DNA from: Eledone cirrhosa
Taxonomy: Eukaryota
Length of the DNA: 64,000 nt
NCBI GenBank assembly: GCA_964016885.1
Contig: OZ024742.1
Location: 161,076,001 to 161,140,000, forward strand
Direction of reading: 5' to 3'
A program made the position numbers and the translations under genes. Within the stretch, counting starts at the first letter, position 1. Each line of letters opens with the position of its first letter. This document shows, in pieces, positions 58,244 through 64,000 of this stretch. The notes beneath the pieces are model-generated. The model saw only the letters and a list, made by a program, of their open reading frames with translations. It was not told the origin of the DNA and ran no database searches.

Positions 58244-58830
58244 ACGAGGTCTGTCGAAAAAGTGTCCGACCATAGAAGTTGTTTTTTTTTGGGGGGGGGG
58301 GGGGATATTGGTGGACTACAGTTGCTAATCATTTTTGAAGTAGGTCCCTTGTGCATCCATGCAATTAACCGGTGTGTTTCTCAGTTACACCGTCGCAGTC
58401 ACCATGATGTACTCTCAGCTCTCAAACATGGATCCTTTCAGTGGAATCTTCATTTTGAGGAACAACTAGAAGTTAAGAAGTGAATCTAGGTGAATGAGCG
58501 AAATGCCTTTCTTTATTAAAAACAAACTTGAATCAGCTGGGACAAATGAATCGTTGCAGCTACCAGTTTTGAAAGGCCCACAGATCAATTCTCTTGCACA
58601 ATACTGCATCATGAAATGGGTGAAGGGCTTCCTAATAGTACGCCTTTGTAATTCTGGTGCGTGTTCGTGATGCACAACACCTCGGTCATCGTAGAAAATG
58701 GTCAGCATCACTTTCGTTTTTCTGCACACCTGGCGACTTTAGTTTCTTCCATTGTGATGACTGGGCCTTGGTTTTTTATTGTACCACTACACCCATTTCT
58801 CACCTATAGTTACCACAGTATTAGGAAGTC
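58244..58830 (-). mobile_element. mariner transposon remnant
   Basis: TA-CGAGGTCTGTCGAAAAGT TIR-like end. KTKVMLTIFYDDRGVVHHEHAP transposase segment. Confidence 0.8.
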
Positions 58831-59802
58831 AAGATAATTGTTGGTAGTATCGGGTAAAATGAAAATACGACGAATAAGTGGAACAGCACCTCACACACTC
58901 GCTGTCTGACATTGACTGATATATCCTGAAAGCTCGCCAAAAGCCCCGCATGCGCATGCATGTTACCGGCTCCACTCTACACACTTTTATTTCCCTAATA
59001 TAGACCTGTCAACTCTCCCCGTCCGACGGATACCTTCTCTTGTGAAAATGGGTATAGCTTTCATTATGTAAACTCTCCCCATTTTGCCTCATTTCTCCCC
59101 GTTCTGGAACACTTTTTTTCGTTTGGGTTTTTAGGGGTTGGCAGGACTGCTAGCGTCATTACTTCCTACACAAATAAATACAGTATTTCTTTGTGTATAA
59201 TACGGCTTGAATATAATACGACCCCAGTTTCTGAAACTAAAAACAAACGGCAATAAATTACGTATCATACGACCCTAGAGTACATTCATGTATATATAAC
59301 CTTATTTGTAAACTTATAGCATGTTATCCATCAAAATCTCGTTCTTACACATATATCACTACAATATTCAGCACGTCATGATGTTAAAGAATGTTAAACA
59401 CGTTAAACAACTGGATATTTAGCATTTTGTATAGAAGTGGGCTTATCCTACTTCCCGTTTCAAAACAAGTTGTTGAACTTTCGGGAAATATGTTAACGAC
59501 ATAATGCGTTTCTAGTAATTTTCTTTAAGTTGTTAAACTATTATACTTTTCTGTTCCGTATCACTTTATAATTTTTCTATGAAAGATTATCGCCAAATTA
59601 TTACATATATATTTTAACAATAGGCCTCAGTTATAACAGTAATGTTATCAAAACATGACAGATATTATGTAGTCCCTTTATTAATTTAATTGCGAGTTAC
59701 AAGTCGGTGTACTCACACATCTCTCCACCTCTCTTTACTTTTGAAAATCATGTAACTTATGAAACCGGTAAAGTTATAAATTATTGTAAATAAACCTTTT
59801 TT

Positions 59803-59849
<47 letters not shown>

Positions 59850-60036
59850 ATACTTGGGGAGAATCATATTGTTGTAATACTATTGCCTGAAATAATAACA
59901 AAACACACTCACTGTTTGGTTGGTTTTCGCTTCTGCATCTTTTATATCTCCATAGTTAATTCATTTGTCCATCAATGTTTATCATTGACTGACCAACGGT
60001 GAAAAATACAGATATAAATATATATATATATAGTCT

Positions 60037-60080
60037 AACAAAGTTCTTTCGTTGCACATCTACAACATCATCAGTGATAC
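60037..60080 (-). ncRNA. Minimal hammerhead in a diverged copy of the third PLE family (~59843-60260)
   Basis: ATCA-CTGATGA-T-GTTGTA GATG TGCAAC-GAAA-GAAC-TT-TGTT. Confidence 0.7.
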
Positions 60081-60307
60081 TATTATCATGTTTCCTCCTA
60101 CTGTATTGTATTGTAAAGGCTACGCCATTTTTATTTTATCTATTTATTTATTTTTGTCTCCGTCTCTGCGCATGCGTTTGCGTGCGCGTATAGTGTTTGG
60201 TGTGGGTGTTCGCGTTTGGGTGTATGTGTTTTGGTTTTTGTATTCTATCTTTGTTTATTAGTGTGTGTTTATCAGAGTACTCGATACTTAGGGTAGTAGA
60301 GTGGGTA

Positions 60308-60427
60308 ATAGGAAATTAGTCAGGACACCGATGGCTGAGCTCCTGCCGTTTCAACAGTTAGATCCGAACTGTTCGGATCTAGCTGTCAAAATGGCCGGAG
60401 CTCACCCGTCGGGGTCCTGACTATTTT

Positions 60428-60432
<5 letters not shown>
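60308..60432. repeat. Palindrome (62-bp arms, 1-nt spacer) related to 32515-32653
   Basis: Centre at 60370. Shares the GGGGTC...CCTAT and AGGGTAGTAGAGTGGG flanks with the 32.5-kb element. Confidence 0.75.
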
Positions 60433-60475
<43 letters not shown>

Positions 60476-60682
60476 TATGTACACGTACATATATATATGT
60501 ATACAGACGTACAGTAGTATGTATATATATATATACATACATGCACATATATATATATATGTACGTATGGATTCACCGAACATTTATTATAATGCTTGGT
60601 GTGTTTGTAAACAAACATCCTGAATTAAGCCGTACAGTGTCTAGCAACCATCGTTGCTCATTTGTTCAACACTGACAAAGGA

Positions 60683-60725
60683 ACGCTGTACTAGTTTCAA
60701 GCTTATTAGCTATCGTCAGCAACGT
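60683..60725 (-). ncRNA. Minimal type I hammerhead ribozyme within a ~430-bp partial tandem repeat
   Basis: ACGTTG-CTGACGA-T-AGCT AATA AGCT-T-GAAA-CTAG-TA-CAGCGT. 6-bp stem I, palindromic ACTAGT stem III, GUA triplet. Confidence 0.87.
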
Positions 60726-61127
60726 ATACCTTCCTGCCAGATGATTGAACGTCTGAAAGTATATACTTTCCTTATGCATATTAACGGCTGAGCAGCCTAA
60801 TTTGCATATCGAGTGAGTTAATCGGCCAGGGTACCGAAAACGATAAACGGAAAAAATGAAACGAAATTTCATTTCTCACTCTTAGTACGGCTGTTACTTA
60901 AATATAAGTATGTATACGTAGATACATATATGTATACAGACGTACAGTAGTATGTATATATATATACATACATGCACACATATATATATGTACGTATGGA
61001 TTCACCGAACATTTATTATAATGCTCGGTGTGTTTGTAAACAAACATCCCGAATTATGCCATACAGTGTCTAGCAACCATCTTTGCTCGTTTGTTCAACA
61101 CTGACAAAGGAACGTTTCATTTTTTCC

Positions 61128-61178
<51 letters not shown>

Positions 61179-64000
61179 CACATTTACTTTAAAATTCTGA
61201 TGGAATCGTAGGCGCGCCGTCGGGACACACGGTGTGTCAGGAGCATTTCTTACACAGCCAATTTCTTCCAGAGAAGGAGAGGGTGAGGGGAGAGAGGGAG
61301 AGAGAGAAAGAGAGAGTAATAGAGAGAAAATGAGAAAAAACATTGAGGAAAAATTGACACAAGTATTGAACTTGTACATTTTTATCGACTTTAAGAGGAT
61401 GAAAGGCAAAGTTGACCTCGACGGGATTGAACTCAGAGTGTAGAGAGTCAGAAAGCATTCTGGTAAGCATTCTGTCCGACTCTGCCAATTAGCCGCCTAT
61501 CGACAAAAAATTTGTGGTCAAATGAATGAAATATTATGTTGCTTTTTCTTTCCTTTTCAAGAATAGTTGGCCTTGTGCCTGTGTAAACATATATTATTAC
61601 TATGTGTCTGCTACAAAAACAACTGCAAAGTATTTTATTTAAGAGTGACTAACCTGCGGTGAGGCAGCCAATGTGACGTGCAGCGGGAATGTTCGTTAAG
61701 CTGTCCATCTCATAGATTGTGTAAACGGGGGGGGGGGGGGGGGAAAAAACAAAATCTCAGCTATTTAGATGTTTCAACAGATGTCTAACCAATGATATGC
61801 TCAGCCGGTGTTTAATGCGCAAGGGTTGGACAAAATCAGTCAAGCGCTACAAAATAGAGCCGTGAAAAATCACAGACTCAAACAGTCTTACTGAACTGTT
61901 TATAAAGAATATAAAAAAGATGAAAAAAAACGCGTGCGTTTTTTTGTTTTTTGTTTTTGTGCGTTTGTTTGTTTTTGTTTTTTTTTTGTTTTGTTCTTGT
62001 TTTTGTTTATTTGTTAAGGTTTATCCATCTGGTTTAATAGCGAAGTTAGACAAACGCTTCATAGCGGTGAGAGTTTCTTTGATCTAAAAACTCTGCTCCA
62101 TAAAAGATATTCTTGTGCAATATTTTTTTCACTATTATTTTATTCCATTGTCTTAACTGACCATATCTATACAGTAATGGTAGATAAGTAGACAGCTCGT
62201 ACTCTGCATTCTCTTTGTATTGTTTCATTTCACTCTCATGGTAAAATTTAATGGTACCCGTAATTCAAAGAGCCAACCTTGTCACACACTGTGTCACCCT
62301 GAATTCTTTGAGAACTATGTTAACGGTCTACGTACCTGTAGAATTCTCAGCCATTTGCAAGCACGTTAATTTCCCGAACAGGCTATTCCGTTAGTCAAAC
62401 AACTAGAACACGCATCGTCGGAACCGACGGAGGTTCAACATCACCTGCGTTCTTAATTTCCCTTTAGAAAAGCCTATGCGTCACAGTGCTCTGAAACTCT
62501 TCTCTCTGTCCACGATCATTTGTATGTATGAATCCGTAATTCAAAATGGGGTCATACATTTAAAACCAGGCGAAGCCCATCCCTTCTCTAGATCTCAACA
62601 CAGTTGATTTCTCCCTGAGAAGGAGAAAGAAAGAGTGATAAAAAAGAAGTGGGAAAGGCATGTAGAGAAAGAATCGACCTCGATCGACCTTGAAAGTATG
62701 AAAGGTGAAGTTAACCTCGGCAAGTTTTGAACTCAGTGTGCAGAGAACCGAAACGAATACCACAAATCATTCCATCTGATGTGCTAACAACTCAGCCAAT
62801 TCGCCGCCTCACACCATCATAACCAACACTATTAATAAATCCGAGAACGCATATAAGAAAACCGATAGGGAAACGTTCAACTTGAAAACCCTCTTTACAG
62901 CTTAATACTCTACTTCACACTTTAATACGCTACTTCAATACTTACTCATGGAAAAATGTAAGAAGTATCGTACATTAAAATTATTAGAAGAGGAGGATAA
63001 ATGTGTCTGCTCTTTAGAAAATTAAAATTGCTTAAATAGAATATGGGAATTGTGTAATTGTGCTGAGAAGAAATATAATAGAGTAGAGGGAATAGAAACC
63101 AAGCCCACCGAGACCCGGAATGACTAGGAGACCAGCTGCGACTAGGGACTCGGTAAAGGCTAAAGATCCATCATTTTTTTTTTTTTTTTTTGCTGAGGCA
63201 TTGCTATCTGCCATAACTAGTTGGTTGAAATGCCAGAGAGGGCCCGAAATACTTGAAAAACTGTGAGCCTGGATATAGGTTAATACAATCCAAGCTATCA
63301 GCTATAGTGAGGTAAAAGAATGAAGTACCAAAGAAAATCTCGGAACACCTGAAATCCCACAGGCACGGCTATGGGTTAATACGACCAGGACTGTTAGCTG
63401 TAGTAAGGTGAAAAATTGAAGTGCTAGAGAGGGTCTGAAATATTTCAAAGCCAAAGTGGGGGGAAGATTGAAGTGTAAGAGGGAGCCCGAAATACCTGAA
63501 ATTAAAGGGGTCTGGTCATGGGTTAATACGCCTCAGCTTACTCCAGTAGTTTTCGCTATCACACACGTTTGTTTGGTTGGTTTTGCGGGGGCGTTTTTTA
63601 TAATCAATTGTATCGCTTTTACATCTAGTTTTCCATGCTGGCATAGGTTAGACAAAAAACGGGAGTTTATCCTGGTTTCATATGATGTTAAGCGATCGAG
63701 GGTGCATGAATCACCCTTGGACAAGACACCAATCTGTAACAAGATTAACCACAGCGGCTGCTGCTGTTTGTGTACATTTTAAGCTTAGTGGCTGTAAAAT
63801 TGATTAAATTGACAAGAACAAAACGCACCACTTGGTCTGGGAATCGAACCAATGACCTTATTATCATGATACCAACATACTGACTACTAGGCTACGATCC
63901 TTCACGCTTGTATATTATACATATTTTATTGACTCTGGAAAACCGAAAAATCAATTCGACATTCGTGGGATTAGAACTTAAATAAATAGTCAATAAAAAC

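Noticed and set aside
61195-61245. CTGATGG...GGGACACACGGTGTGTC as a hammerhead
   Set aside because: Both core boxes are mismatched and stems I and II are unconvincing.

Overview
This is an AT-rich, microsatellite-dense eukaryotic window with no confidently identifiable host gene. The SINE and repeat content suggests a cephalopod (octopus-like) genome, which is an inference. Almost all recognisable content is transposable elements. (i) A frameshifted, intron-containing Helitron Rep gene (minus strand, 1-4581), plus several non-autonomous Helitron-like units. (ii) A young, 5'-truncated Penelope-like element (RT + GIY-YIG, probably Naiad-type; ORF 9778-11469) bracketed by 198-bp inverted pseudo-LTRs, each carrying a hammerhead ribozyme. 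(iii) Remnants of several other Penelope-like families. (iv) CRE-like, HERO-like, RTE and CR1/L2-like LINE fragments, mariner and hAT relics, MITEs and two tRNA-derived SINE families. The most striking signal is about 20 whole, partial or decayed type I hammerhead motifs from many unrelated families in 64 kb. Many sit in fold-back (inverted-terminus) insertions at (TA)n tracts. They include a ~430-nt retrozyme-like unit and a family with a fixed CAGAAGA core variant. A tandemly repeated kink-turn/pseudoknot-like motif follows the HERO-like fragment. Most ORFs in the supplied track are microsatellite artefacts. All structures were read by eye; none was computed or searched.
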